From Parachlamydiales bacterium (GTDB lineage: Bacteria > Chlamydiota > Chlamydiia > Chlamydiales > JAJFMK01): a stretch of 64,000 nucleotides of DNA. Under the pieces are notes generated by a model. It saw only the letters and a program-made list of their open reading frames with translations, had not been told where the DNA came from and did not search any database. Made by a program: the position numbers and the translations under genes. The stretch is taken from contig CAVXVG010000027.1 in NCBI GenBank assembly GCA_963765145.1, positions 192,001 to 256,000 on the forward strand, written 5' to 3'. Shown in pieces: positions 43,188-52,141 of this stretch (within the stretch, counting starts at the first letter, position 1; the number at the start of each line of letters is the position of its first letter).

Positions 43188-43910
43188 ATGGCGCAATTAG
43201 CCCTACCAGAAATTCTCCGAAAGGATCTCGTATCGTATTTGTCCGCTGAAAGCGACAGAGAGCTTGTCGATACTTACCTTCATTTTCTAGAACTCAAGCA
43301 TGATCTAGAGCCTGTTCTTTTCATTCGCGATAAAATGATCTTTGAAAATGTCGATAAGGCCTTGTCAAAGCTAGAGAAAGATGGACAGCTTTACCACCAA
43401 GCCGAAATAAAAATACAATTTCATACTGGTGATGTTAACGAAGAGACAAAAAGGGTCTACATCTGCCCATTTACCGGGAAAGTGTTCGGAGACAACACCC
43501 ATCCGAACCCACAAGACGCGATTTACGATTGGGTTTCCAAATGCAAGGAAAACACAGAAAGATCGGGCGGGTTGAAGGCCAAACGTTTCTACGTTTCAGA
43601 AGATCCTGAAGTGATCAAAAGCTATATTCCAAAAGAAAAACCGAAAGAAGGCGTTACTAAAACGGTCTTTTCTTCGCTGTTAAGCGGCCGCCTTTTTGCC
43701 TCTAAAAAGGGTGTTTTAGAAGAAGTTAAGAAGAATTATTTTAAACCAATGAGCCTGTTTGAAGTTCAAAATCAAAATAGGTTCAAAATCGATGATACTT
43801 TTCTTGCTTTCTTAAAAGAAAATTTGCAAGAAGAGAAAATTGCCCGCTTTGTTGAAGAGTTGGCCGAGTATGAGGAATTCTCTCCCTTCATTGAGAAGTG
43901 GCTTGCCTAA
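43188..43910 (+). CDS. Chlamydiae-conserved hypothetical protein (DUF2709-like)
   Basis: YICPFTGKVFGDNTHPNPQDAIYDWVSKC motif; precedes tsaE. Confidence 0.8.
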   Translation: MAQLALPEILRKDLVSYLSAESDRELVDTYLHFLELKHDLEPVLFIRDKMIFENVDKALSKLEKDGQLYHQAEIKIQFHTGDVNEETKRVYICPFTGKVFGDNTHPNPQDAIYDWVSKCKENTERSGGLKAKRFYVSEDPEVIKSYIPKEKPKEGVTKTVFSSLLSGRLFASKKGVLEEVKKNYFKPMSLFEVQNQNRFKIDDTFLAFLKENLQEEKIARFVEELAEYEEFSPFIEKWLA

Positions 43911-44331
43911 GAGGTCTATTCAAGATCAAAAGGCGATGGTGGCTTTTGGGGAACAGCTTGCCTCTTTCCTTAAGTCCCGTGACCTTGTTTTTCTACGTGG
44001 CCCTTTAGGGGCAGGTAAAACAACGCTGGTTAAAGGGATGTTAAAGGCGTTGGTTGGGATCGACCCTGAAAATGTGCAAAGTCCAACCTACTCCTATGTT
44101 CACCCCTATGAAGGGGGGGTGCCCGTTTTTCACTTTGACCTTTACCGCTTAGAAGATGAAAGCACATTTTTTGATTTAGATCTTGATGCCTATTTGTCTA
44201 CCGATGGAATCGGCCTGATTGAATGGCCTGAACGGGTTCCTTCGTTAGCCCCTTTAAGAGAAGGGCGGAAAATTGAGATCAACATTTCCTATGAAGATGC
44301 AGGAAGAAGGGTAGAAGTAGACGGTTTATGA
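43903..44331 (+). CDS. tsaE: tRNA threonylcarbamoyladenosine biosynthesis ATPase
   Basis: GPLGAGKTT, VQSPTY, HFDLYRL, IEWPE; start uncertain (43903 TTG or 43936 ATG). Confidence 0.93.
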   Translation: MPKRSIQDQKAMVAFGEQLASFLKSRDLVFLRGPLGAGKTTLVKGMLKALVGIDPENVQSPTYSYVHPYEGGVPVFHFDLYRLEDESTFFDLDLDAYLSTDGIGLIEWPERVPSLAPLREGRKIEINISYEDAGRRVEVDGL

Positions 44332-44927
44332 AAGATATAGTTCGATTTGTTAAATCTGCGACAGGCGATAACGATTTCCCCCCTCTTTGCTCCCTTTTAG
44401 GGACCCCTTTAAGAGAAGTTGCTGTGGTTGGACGCTCCAATGTGGGTAAATCGTCCCTTCTGAATATGTTATTCGGAACAAAAGGGATGGTGAAAACCTC
44501 TGCCCAACCAGGGAAAACTCGTTTGTTGAATTTCTTTGCTTTTGACGAAAAGCTTTTCTTTGTCGACTTTCCTGGCTGGGGCTACGCCAAAGTAGGAAAA
44601 GAGCAACGGGTTTCTTTTCTCGATATGTTCAAAAGCTACTTTAAATCTAGAAGAGATCTAGCGTTGCTTCTATTTCTCTTTGATTCAAGAAGAGATCCTA
44701 CGACAGAAGATTTGCAGATCTGGGGTTGGTTTAAACAAGAAAACATTCCGGTCGCTTTAGTCCTCACCAAGATCGATAAGTTTGGGGTGACAAAAAGATT
44801 GTCAGAAATAAAGAGGATAAAAAAAGCGTTTGGAGCAGACGATAAAGAGGTCTTTACCTTTTCGACTTTGGAAGGGATTGGTAAAGAACAATTGTGGAAA
44901 AGGATAGAAGATGGGCTCAATCGATAG
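44328..44927 (+). CDS. engB: Ribosome biogenesis GTPase EngB/YsxC
   Basis: GRSNVGKSS, PGKT, DFPGWG, TKID motifs. Confidence 0.93.
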   Translation: MKDIVRFVKSATGDNDFPPLCSLLGTPLREVAVVGRSNVGKSSLLNMLFGTKGMVKTSAQPGKTRLLNFFAFDEKLFFVDFPGWGYAKVGKEQRVSFLDMFKSYFKSRRDLALLLFLFDSRRDPTTEDLQIWGWFKQENIPVALVLTKIDKFGVTKRLSEIKRIKKAFGADDKEVFTFSTLEGIGKEQLWKRIEDGLNR

Positions 44928-45660
44928 TGAAGTGTTTGCCTGCATCGATTGCGAGATGACAGGGCTGGATCCGCAGCAGGATAGGGTCATAGAGGTAGCG
45001 TGCGCCCTTTTTAAGGGTGGAGAGATTTTAGAGTCATTCGAGTCGCTGATCGACCCTGGCATGCCGATTCCTGAGGCATCCATTAAGATACATCACATCA
45101 CAGACACGATGGTCAAAGGGCAGCCTAAAATAGATGAGGTCCTTCCTACCGTGATCTCTATGGTTAGAAAGAGGATCATCATCGGGCATGGAATTGCCGG
45201 TGATTTGGCTCTTTTGAAATCGAGCGCCGACAGGGCAACCATTTCATTTCCGATTGGCGATAGGACAATTGATACCTTTCGTTTGGCAAGGCTTTACGGC
45301 GAGTCGCCGACCAACTCTTTGAATCAACTGAGGCAGCATTTCAACATTGAGGCAGAAGGATCTCACCGCGCTCTTGGAGACGTGAAGGTCAATGTTCAGG
45401 TTTTTCATTACCTAGCAAAGCGGTATAAGACAACAAACGAGCTGTTTAATGCATTGTCTAAGCCGATCCAGTTAAAAGTGATGCCCCTTGGAAAATATAA
45501 GGGCAGACCTTTTGCTGAATTGCCATTGAACTTTTTGCAGTGGGCCGTTCGGCAGCAATTTGATGAGGATTTACTCTATTCCATTAAGTTAGAGCTAGGT
45601 AAGCGAAAATCGTCCTCTTCCTTCAACCAAGCCTTCAATCCCTTTAACCATCTGGATTAG
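44911..45660 (+). CDS. DEDDh 3'-5' exonuclease (DnaQ-like) with small C-terminal domain
   Basis: IDCEMTGL, HRALGDV, MPLGKYKG motifs. Confidence 0.88.
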   Translation: MGSIDSEVFACIDCEMTGLDPQQDRVIEVACALFKGGEILESFESLIDPGMPIPEASIKIHHITDTMVKGQPKIDEVLPTVISMVRKRIIIGHGIAGDLALLKSSADRATISFPIGDRTIDTFRLARLYGESPTNSLNQLRQHFNIEAEGSHRALGDVKVNVQVFHYLAKRYKTTNELFNALSKPIQLKVMPLGKYKGRPFAELPLNFLQWAVRQQFDEDLLYSIKLELGKRKSSSSFNQAFNPFNHLD

Positions 45661-45750
45661 GCAATAGCCCTATTTTCAACGCGAAGCGTTTGGAGTGCTC
45701 CTGAGCTCGTTTAGCTTTGACTTATCAGTGAAAGTGAAAGCTAAACAGGA

Positions 45751-46098
45751 GAGGCACATGCAAAATTCAGATCGAAATAGGCCCACATGCATTGCATTAA
45801 CCTAAGGAAAAGCTTCCTATAAAAATAACAAGATGAACAGGATCGCCTACGGCGACAGGATAAGCTCCGCCTGCATTCTATTTTTTTATCATGTCTATCA
45901 TGCATATCCCATCTATCATGTTCTTGTAACGTAATAGAAAATACATGATTAAGAGGATAGACATGATAAAAAAATAGAATGCAGGCGGAGCTTATCCTGT
46001 TCATCTTGTTCATCCTGTTATTTTTATATTGTTACCAAATGCCATTAAGAGATGTTAAGGGCTTTACCAGGGTTCATTCTGATTTTTGCAAGCGTCTC
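45751..46098. mobile_element. 348-bp MITE related to the IS at 15333-16791
   Basis: TIR GAGGCACATGCAAAATTC / GATTTTTGCAAGCGTCTC; 4-bp TSD AGGA at 45747-45750 and 46099-46102. Confidence 0.88.
45818..46028. repeat. Family F palindrome (AACAGGATG-type arms) inside the MITE
   Basis: 45-bp perfect inverted repeat 45855-45899/45956-46000 plus outer TATAAAAATAACA/TGTTATTTTTATA. Confidence 0.92.
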
Positions 46099-46250
46099 AG
46101 GAGTTTAGCACATACTGTAATTGCGCTTCAGAGCTTAGCCGGTAAGAAAATGGGCTGTTCTAGGAGGGTTTTAAAAACCCCACGGAGTAGTACTAGACTC
46201 TCCAGGCTTTGGCTTGGTAGCCTAAGCAAGCAATACAGGAGAACAGCCCA

Positions 46251-47351
46251 ATGAAACATTATATCGGTTTAGACGTATCTTTGAAAACTACTGCCATCTG
46301 CATCATGGCTCAAGATGGTAAGATCATCCGAGAGATGACAGCCGCTACTGACCCTTTAGCTATCGCAACTGCGATCAAGACGACCAAGCTCACTATTGAA
46401 GCTATAGCAATTGAAGCTGGTGGAACAAGCCGATGGCTTGTTCAAGAACTTCAAGAGCTTGACCTTCCAGCGATATGTATCGACTCTCGCAAAATGGCTG
46501 CCGCCATCGCAATCAAAGCCAATAAAACAGACAAAAACGATGCGAGGGAAATCGCAAACGCCCTTCGGACTGGCTACTTTCAAGAGGTCTATCAAAAAAA
46601 CGATACAAATATGAGCATCAAAAGTCTCTTAAACATCCGACGCAATCTGGTGATACAAAGAACCATGACGAGTAACTGTATCCGCGGTACTTTGAGATGT
46701 TGTGGAAAGCTTTTTTTAGGGTCTAGTAGTAGTCAAAAGAACTTCATAGAGAAGGTAACAGAGTCGATACAAGATCAACCTGAAGAGGTCGCAATGGGCA
46801 TTCGTGCACTTTTAGTAACCTTTTCTCAACTTCACAAACTAGTAGATGAAATAGACAAGAAGATCGAAGACATAGGAAAGAATGACGAAGTCGTTCAGCT
46901 GCTAATGACAGTTCCTGGTGTAGGGATCGTAACTGCAGTGAGCTATAAGGTTGAAATTGGAGACCCAAAAAGATTCACACGATCGAGGTCAGTTGGAGCA
47001 TATGTTGGGATGACTCCAAGGCAGTATAGTTCAGGTGAAACCGAGCATCAGGGGAAAATAACAAAGATTGGATCAAATGAACTCAGAGCGCTGCTATCTG
47101 ATGCCGCCATGAGCATGATGTATCGATGCAAAACATGGAGTAGAGCCAAAGTTTTTGGGCTAAAGATCAATAAGAAGCATGGGCATAAAAAAGCTATAGT
47201 TGCCCTTGGTCGGAAGCTTGGTGTGATAATGCATCGAATGTGGACAGAAGGTAAACCATTTGAAGCTGGTGAAGTCGAGAAAAAAGAAATTGATAAAGTA
47301 ACCAAGCCAAGTCGGAAAGAGAAGAAAAAATCAAAGCAGATGGCTGCTTAA
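46251..47351 (+). CDS. IS110-family DEDD recombinase/transposase
   Basis: YIGLDVS, IEAG, KTDKNDA (RuvC-like DEDD); TVPGVG, GMTPRQYSSG (catalytic Ser region). Confidence 0.96.
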   Translation: MKHYIGLDVSLKTTAICIMAQDGKIIREMTAATDPLAIATAIKTTKLTIEAIAIEAGGTSRWLVQELQELDLPAICIDSRKMAAAIAIKANKTDKNDAREIANALRTGYFQEVYQKNDTNMSIKSLLNIRRNLVIQRTMTSNCIRGTLRCCGKLFLGSSSSQKNFIEKVTESIQDQPEEVAMGIRALLVTFSQLHKLVDEIDKKIEDIGKNDEVVQLLMTVPGVGIVTAVSYKVEIGDPKRFTRSRSVGAYVGMTPRQYSSGETEHQGKITKIGSNELRALLSDAAMSMMYRCKTWSRAKVFGLKINKKHGHKKAIVALGRKLGVIMHRMWTEGKPFEAGEVEKKEIDKVTKPSRKEKKKSKQMAA

Positions 47352-47404
47352 GAAAAGTTAAAAAAGTTCTCAAAGAGCGAAAGAGCAGAGAGAGTAAGAA
47401 AAAA

Positions 47405-47590
47405 GATTCAAATACGAGTTCGAAATAAGGTTAAGACGCTTTGGAGTTGACGCTAATAAGACGTCGTGTAGCACATTGTCTTACCTTGTTTCTTTTGGAA
47501 AGTATGTTGGGGCTGAAGATCAGCTAATAAGGCCGAAATCTTCAATAAAAAGGACCCCGGAGAGAACTATGACCGAGTTAGAATTTTATT
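47405..47590 (+). ncRNA. Predicted bridge/seek-type guide RNA of the IS110-family element (ends approximate)
   Basis: Two structured loops with segments matching the target (47440-47447, 47469-47474) and the donor junction (47501-47508, 47561-47567). Confidence 0.8.
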
Positions 47591-47806
47591 TTTTACGATC
47601 AAGCTTTGGAAGCCCATAGAGGAAGTTGTCAATTATCTTGGGGGAAGTATCCCCCAAACCCCCTCGGCTTAGGAAGGGGAAAGAGAAAAAATCATGCTTG
47701 CCTAGAAACGCAATTAGAGAACTCCAAACGCGTTGCGAACGAAAGAGTTTTTGGGCAAGGGCGCGTGAATGGTAAAAAATAAGATTTACCATTAAGGTGG
47801 GGTTTA

Positions 47807-49566
47807 ATGTCCTATCGAGCTCTATTTTCTTTTGTTTGGCAATCTGTACGACCCTATAAGCTATTTCTACTGCTCATTCTCGTTCTCTCTACGATATGGT
47901 CGTTAGAGGCTATTTTGTGGCCCTACATCTTGAGGTTAGTTGTAGATGGTTTGACCGAGTTTCAAGATAATCGGGAAGCTGTCTGGACCGTCTTACAATG
48001 GCCTATTACGCTGGCGATTATCCTGTGGCTGGGGACCGATATTGGAACAAGTGCGCAAGGGTTTTTAGTGGCTTGGCTGGTTCCTAAAATGGAAGCAGAG
48101 GTGCGGATGAACACATTTGATCATGTTCAAAAGCATTCACCTGCTTACTTTAATAAAAATTTTGCCGGGACTTTAACCAACAAAATTGCCGATCTGACAG
48201 GTGAAGTGACCGCTATTTGGGGACAATTGATCTCTGTTTTTGTCCCATTTATAGGTGCTTTTGTTTTAGCGACCCTCTTTTTTTTCCAAGTTAGGCCGAT
48301 TTTTGCTGTTCTTATCTTTATTTGGATGGTCCTTCACATTTTGATCAGCCTTTTCTTTGCCAACTATTCGGCCCACTACGAACAAATCCACGGAGAAACC
48401 CGCAGCGATTTGTACGGAAAAATTGTCGATAGTTTAACCAACAACATGACTGTTAACCTTTTTTTCCGATTTGTGGATGAGTTCAAAACAGTCTCCCTTT
48501 TTCAACAAAAAGAGAGGACAGCTCACTCACAATCGGCAAGAGTGACACAATATTTGCAGATTGTTTTATCGGCTTTAACTTTTTTGGTAGGCGGGCTGCT
48601 GATCAACGGCTTGATGTTCCATTTTTGGGGGCAGGGAGCTGTTTGACCGGAGAAGTGGTTCAGGTGTTTAGTACCTCAACCAATATCATGATGCTACTAT
48701 TTGGCTTAAGCAGCTCTATCCCAGCGCTTTTTGGTTCGATGGGGATGGCCATGCAAGCGTTGACGCTTTTGGAGGCGCCGCAAGATGTGCTAGATAGTCA
48801 AGGGGCTAAACCTCTAGTTGTTACGAATGGCGAAATTGTTTTTGAAAACGTATCTTTTCAATATGGCCAAAAAGGGTTGTTTGAGAATAAGAGCATTGTG
48901 ATCAAGGGGGGAGAAAAGGTAGGCGTCGTCGGTTTTACCGGAGCTGGTAAAACAACATTTGTGAATCTGATTTTAAGGTTTTATCCCCTTAAAAGCGGTA
49001 AAATTTGCATCGATGGGCAAGATATTTCAGAGGTGACTTTAGAATCGTTACGAAACCAAATTGCATTAGTTCCACAAGACCCGATCCTTTTCCATCGAAC
49101 CATCAAAGAAAATATTCGATATGGTCGCCTAGACGCAACCGATCAAGAGGTAGAAGAAGCTTCGAAAGCGGCCCATTGCGATAATTTCATAGAAAGATTC
49201 TCTGAGGGTTGTGAAACCGTTGTAGGAGAAAGGGGAACTGCTCTTTCGAGCGGTGAGCGGCAACGGATTGCAATAGCGCGGGCCATGTTGTCAAAAGCCC
49301 CTATTTTGATATTAGATGAAGCAACTTCTTCCCAAGATTCTATTACAGAAAAATATATCCAAGAAGGGTTTGAAAAACTCATGCAAAGAAGAACTGCTAT
49401 TGTGATTGCCCACAGACTATCCACCTTGAAAAAGATGGATAGAATCGTGGTTTTTGAAAAAGGAAAAATTGTAGAAGAAGGCAATCACCAAGCCCTTATC
49501 TCACAACACGGACCTTATGCCCACATGTGGGATGTACAAGCCGCTGGTTTTTCCTCCGCCATTTAA
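47807..49566 (+). CDS. ABC exporter (TMD + NBD), split by one frameshift near 48625-48645
   Basis: TM domain in the first frame; GFTGAGKTT, LSSGERQR, ILDEATS, IAHRLST in the second frame. Confidence 0.88.
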
Positions 49567-49707
49567 GGCACTTCTAACGAGAAATCTTGTACTTCAAGCG
49601 CTAAGAAGCGCCTTAGGACCAGTAGCCACAGCCCTCCTGCTGCCAGCTAGCTCCAAGAGGCCTCACATGAGCCACTCCTCTTTTGAACCTGATTAAGCTG
49701 CCTTTTC

Positions 49708-49824
49708 TTAAATATGCATTATTGCTGGCATTCTAGCTCCAGGATTAAAATTTCTAGCGCCTACAGATCTAACTGGTGCTTGTGATTTTGGTTTGCCTTT
49801 GAAGCCGAAAATAGCTGGAAACAT
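49708..49824 (-). CDS. 38-aa micro-protein MFPAIFGFKGKPKSQAPVRSVGARNFNPGARMPAIMHI
   Basis: GGAGGT RBS; paralog of 49982-50110 with only synonymous differences in the shared core. Confidence 0.72.
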   Translation of the reverse strand: MFPAIFGFKGKPKSQAPVRSVGARNFNPGARMPAIMHI

Positions 49825-49981
49825 GCTTACCTCCCAATAAGAGTTAATCTTTAATCTCTATTATTAATACTAGTTGTAGCCTTTTCCCCCGCCACCTGCA
49901 ACCTTTCATGCTGCCTCTCTTATTACTCATATACCAAGGGCGATTGCCCTGGCCTGTTGCAGCTGTTTAAAGGCCTTCGGC

Positions 49982-50110
49982 CTATTTGGTTTTACCTGCA
50001 CTAGGTACTCCTCCGGGATTAAAATTTCGAGCGCCTACAGATCTTACAGGAACGCCTGCTCCTTTTGCTCCTCCTCCTGACGCTTTGCCTAACAAAATAG
50101 CTGGAAACAT
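49982..50110 (-). CDS. 42-aa micro-protein MFPAILLGKASGGGAKGAGVPVRSVGARNFNPGGVPSAGKTK
   Basis: GGGGGTG RBS; paralog of 49708-49824; AGGCC-TTC-GGCCT hairpin at its stop. Confidence 0.72.
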   Translation of the reverse strand: MFPAILLGKASGGGAKGAGVPVRSVGARNFNPGGVPSAGKTK

Positions 50111-50209
50111 ACTTCACCCCCAATAAGAGTTAATCTTTAGTCTCTATTATTAATGGTAGTTGCTTTTGTTTAAGGCATTATAATTTATTTGTAAGGGGTG
50201 GGATAAGAG

Positions 50210-50842
50210 CTAGGGCGAGATTCTTTCTAGCAGCCAACCGGAAGGGCTCTTTCGATAAGCAAAATGATCATGAAGTCTAGAAGGTCGCCCTTGCCAAAAT
50301 TCGATTAAATTGGGAAGTATTGCATAGCCGCGCCAGGTTTCAGGCATGGGAATGGCCCTTCCTGCATATTTTCTTTCTAGTTCTTCAAAACGGTTGATGA
50401 GCTCCTTTTTCCCCTCGATGACTTCACCTTGTTTTGAAGCAAGAGCTCCTAGCTGACTTTTCCTGGGCCTTTTTGAAAAGTACTCTTCTGTTAACTTTTC
50501 TGGGAGCGCTATCACGGAGCCCTCGAGAATAAGCTCTCTTTCGAGCGTTTTCCAGTAGAGGGTCAGGCTTGCGTAAGGGTTTTCTTCCAGCTGCATTCCC
50601 TTTTTGCTGGTTTTGTGAGTAAAAAAATAAGCCCCATCTTCATCGAAATGTTTCAATAGAACCATTCGAGAGGAGGCGCGGCCTGATTTTGTCGAAGTGG
50701 CCAAACAGGCGGCTGTTGGTTCAAGCTCGGAGGAGTGTAGAGCTTCTTCGATCCATTTTTTTCCTTGTGCAAAGGGATTTTGCAGAAGCTCCTTTTCCGA
50801 TAAAACCCCCTCTTGGTACTCTTTCCTTTCATCTTCTAGCAT
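50210..50842 (-). CDS. pdxH: Pyridoxamine 5'-phosphate oxidase
   Basis: SSRMVLLK, YFSKRPRKSQLGA.AS.Q, EFWQGRPSRLHD; start at MLEDERKEY. Confidence 0.95.
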   Translation of the reverse strand: MLEDERKEYQEGVLSEKELLQNPFAQGKKWIEEALHSSELEPTAACLATSTKSGRASSRMVLLKHFDEDGAYFFTHKTSKKGMQLEENPYASLTLYWKTLERELILEGSVIALPEKLTEEYFSKRPRKSQLGALASKQGEVIEGKKELINRFEELERKYAGRAIPMPETWRGYAILPNLIEFWQGRPSRLHDHFAYRKSPSGWLLERISP

Positions 50843-50852
50843 GAGGCCACCT

Positions 50853-52043
50853 ATGATCCAGAAATTAACTCTTGCAGACCTTCCGATCAAGGGGCAAAAC
50901 GTTCTTATGCGGGTCGATTTTAATGTCCCTCTCGATGGGCAAAAAATATTAGACGACACCCGGTTGAGAGAAAGCGTTAAGTCGATACGTTTTGTATTAG
51001 ATAACGGAGGAAGGCCCATTTTGATTAGCCATTTAGGAAGGCCAAAAGGGGGAAAAGACCCATCTTTTTCTATAAGGCCCATCGTAAAGAGGCTGCAGGA
51101 GCTAACTTCGGCCAAAGTCAATTTCTTTGAAGGGCCCTTGCAAGAGGCCCGCTCTCTGGCTAAAGATGGGGAAATTCTTTTGCTGGAAAATATCCGTTTC
51201 GAGCCCGGCGAAGAAAAGCCAGAAAAAGACCCGCACCTTGTAGATCGGTTAAAATCAATTGGTGACTGCTATGTGAATGATGCTTTTGCCACTTCTCATA
51301 GAGCGCACACCTCTATTGTCCCCTTAGCCCAAGCCTTCAAAGGAAAAGCGGCCGCCGGCTTTTTGCTTGAAAAGGAGATTAAATACATTGGAGAGCTGTT
51401 AGATCACCCTAAAAAACCCTTTTTTGCCTTGATTGGAGGGTCGAAAATATCGACAAAATTAGGGGTGTTGAAATCGCTCCTTGGAAAAGTGGATGCACTT
51501 TTTGTGGGTGGTGGGATGGTGTATACCTTTATGCTGGCAAAAGGGTTAAAAATAGGCCGTTCCATCCATGAAAAAGAACTCGTTCCGCAGGCGAGAAAGC
51601 TTTTGGAAGAGGCGGAAGAAAAGAAAATACCTTTCTTTTTACCTGTTGATTTGGTGGTAACTGACGATATCAGTTCTCCACAGAAAATGGAGGTTGTGTC
51701 GATTGAGGATGGGATACCTGATGGTTTAGAGGGGGTGGATATCGGGCCCAAGACGGTCGAGCTTTTCTCAAAGCAGTTAAGTCACGCAAAAAGTGTCATG
51801 TGGAACGGCCCTTTTGGCGTCTATGAACACCCCCCCTTTGATAAGGGGACACTGGCTATTGCAAAGATATTGGCCGATTTGGAGGCAGATGTCGTCATAG
51901 GGGGTGGTGATTCAGTAGCCGCAGTTGAAAGAGGAGGGTATGGTGCACACATGACCCACTTGTCGACAGGAGGTGGCGCAACCCTTGAGTACCTAGAGCA
52001 AGGCTCATTGCCGGGTATAGACGCTTTGACGGATAAGAAATAA
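50853..52043 (+). CDS. pgk: Phosphoglycerate kinase
   Basis: RVDFNVP, SHLGRPKG, NDAFATSHR, IGGGDS, STGGGATLE motifs. Confidence 0.97.
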   Translation: MIQKLTLADLPIKGQNVLMRVDFNVPLDGQKILDDTRLRESVKSIRFVLDNGGRPILISHLGRPKGGKDPSFSIRPIVKRLQELTSAKVNFFEGPLQEARSLAKDGEILLLENIRFEPGEEKPEKDPHLVDRLKSIGDCYVNDAFATSHRAHTSIVPLAQAFKGKAAAGFLLEKEIKYIGELLDHPKKPFFALIGGSKISTKLGVLKSLLGKVDALFVGGGMVYTFMLAKGLKIGRSIHEKELVPQARKLLEEAEEKKIPFFLPVDLVVTDDISSPQKMEVVSIEDGIPDGLEGVDIGPKTVELFSKQLSHAKSVMWNGPFGVYEHPPFDKGTLAIAKILADLEADVVIGGGDSVAAVERGGYGAHMTHLSTGGGATLEYLEQGSLPGIDALTDKK

Positions 52044-52141
52044 ACGTGCCCCTGCCCCTGCCCTTGCCCGTGCCCGTGCCCGAAAAGTTTTTGCCTAAGC
52101 AGTTTTTTAGTTAAGAATCGGGCACGGGCAGGGGCACGTTT
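52042..52141. repeat. Family G palindrome
   Basis: AAACGTGCCCCTGCCC...GTGCCCGA / TCGGGCACGGGCAGGGGCACGTTT directly after the pgk stop. Confidence 0.88.

Larger units (their letters stand above)
46112..47720 (+). mobile_element. IS110-family element, IS1111-type, 1609 bp between AC cores
   Basis: AC at 46110-46111 and 47721-47722; sub-terminal IR TAATTGCGCTTC (46118-46129) / GAAACGCAATTA (47705-47716); long 3' non-coding end. Confidence 0.93.
45680..47737. repeat. Family B palindrome disrupted by a MITE and an IS110-family element
   Basis: Removing both inserts and one copy of each duplication restores the right arm AAAGCTAAACAGGAGTTTAGCACTCCAAACGC exactly. Confidence 0.92.

Noticed and set aside
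45741..46254. ORFs 45741-46013 and 45979-46254
   Set aside because: They lie across the MITE, the F palindrome and the IS110 left end; no protein features
49610..49700. Possible third micro-protein copy (VRPLGAS resembling VRSVGAR)
   Set aside because: Similarity is too short, and it lacks the MFPAI start and the duplicated upstream block
50697..51121. Long N-terminal extensions of pdxH and pgk in the ORF track
   Set aside because: Each extension is antisense to the other gene; family motifs begin at 50842 and 50853
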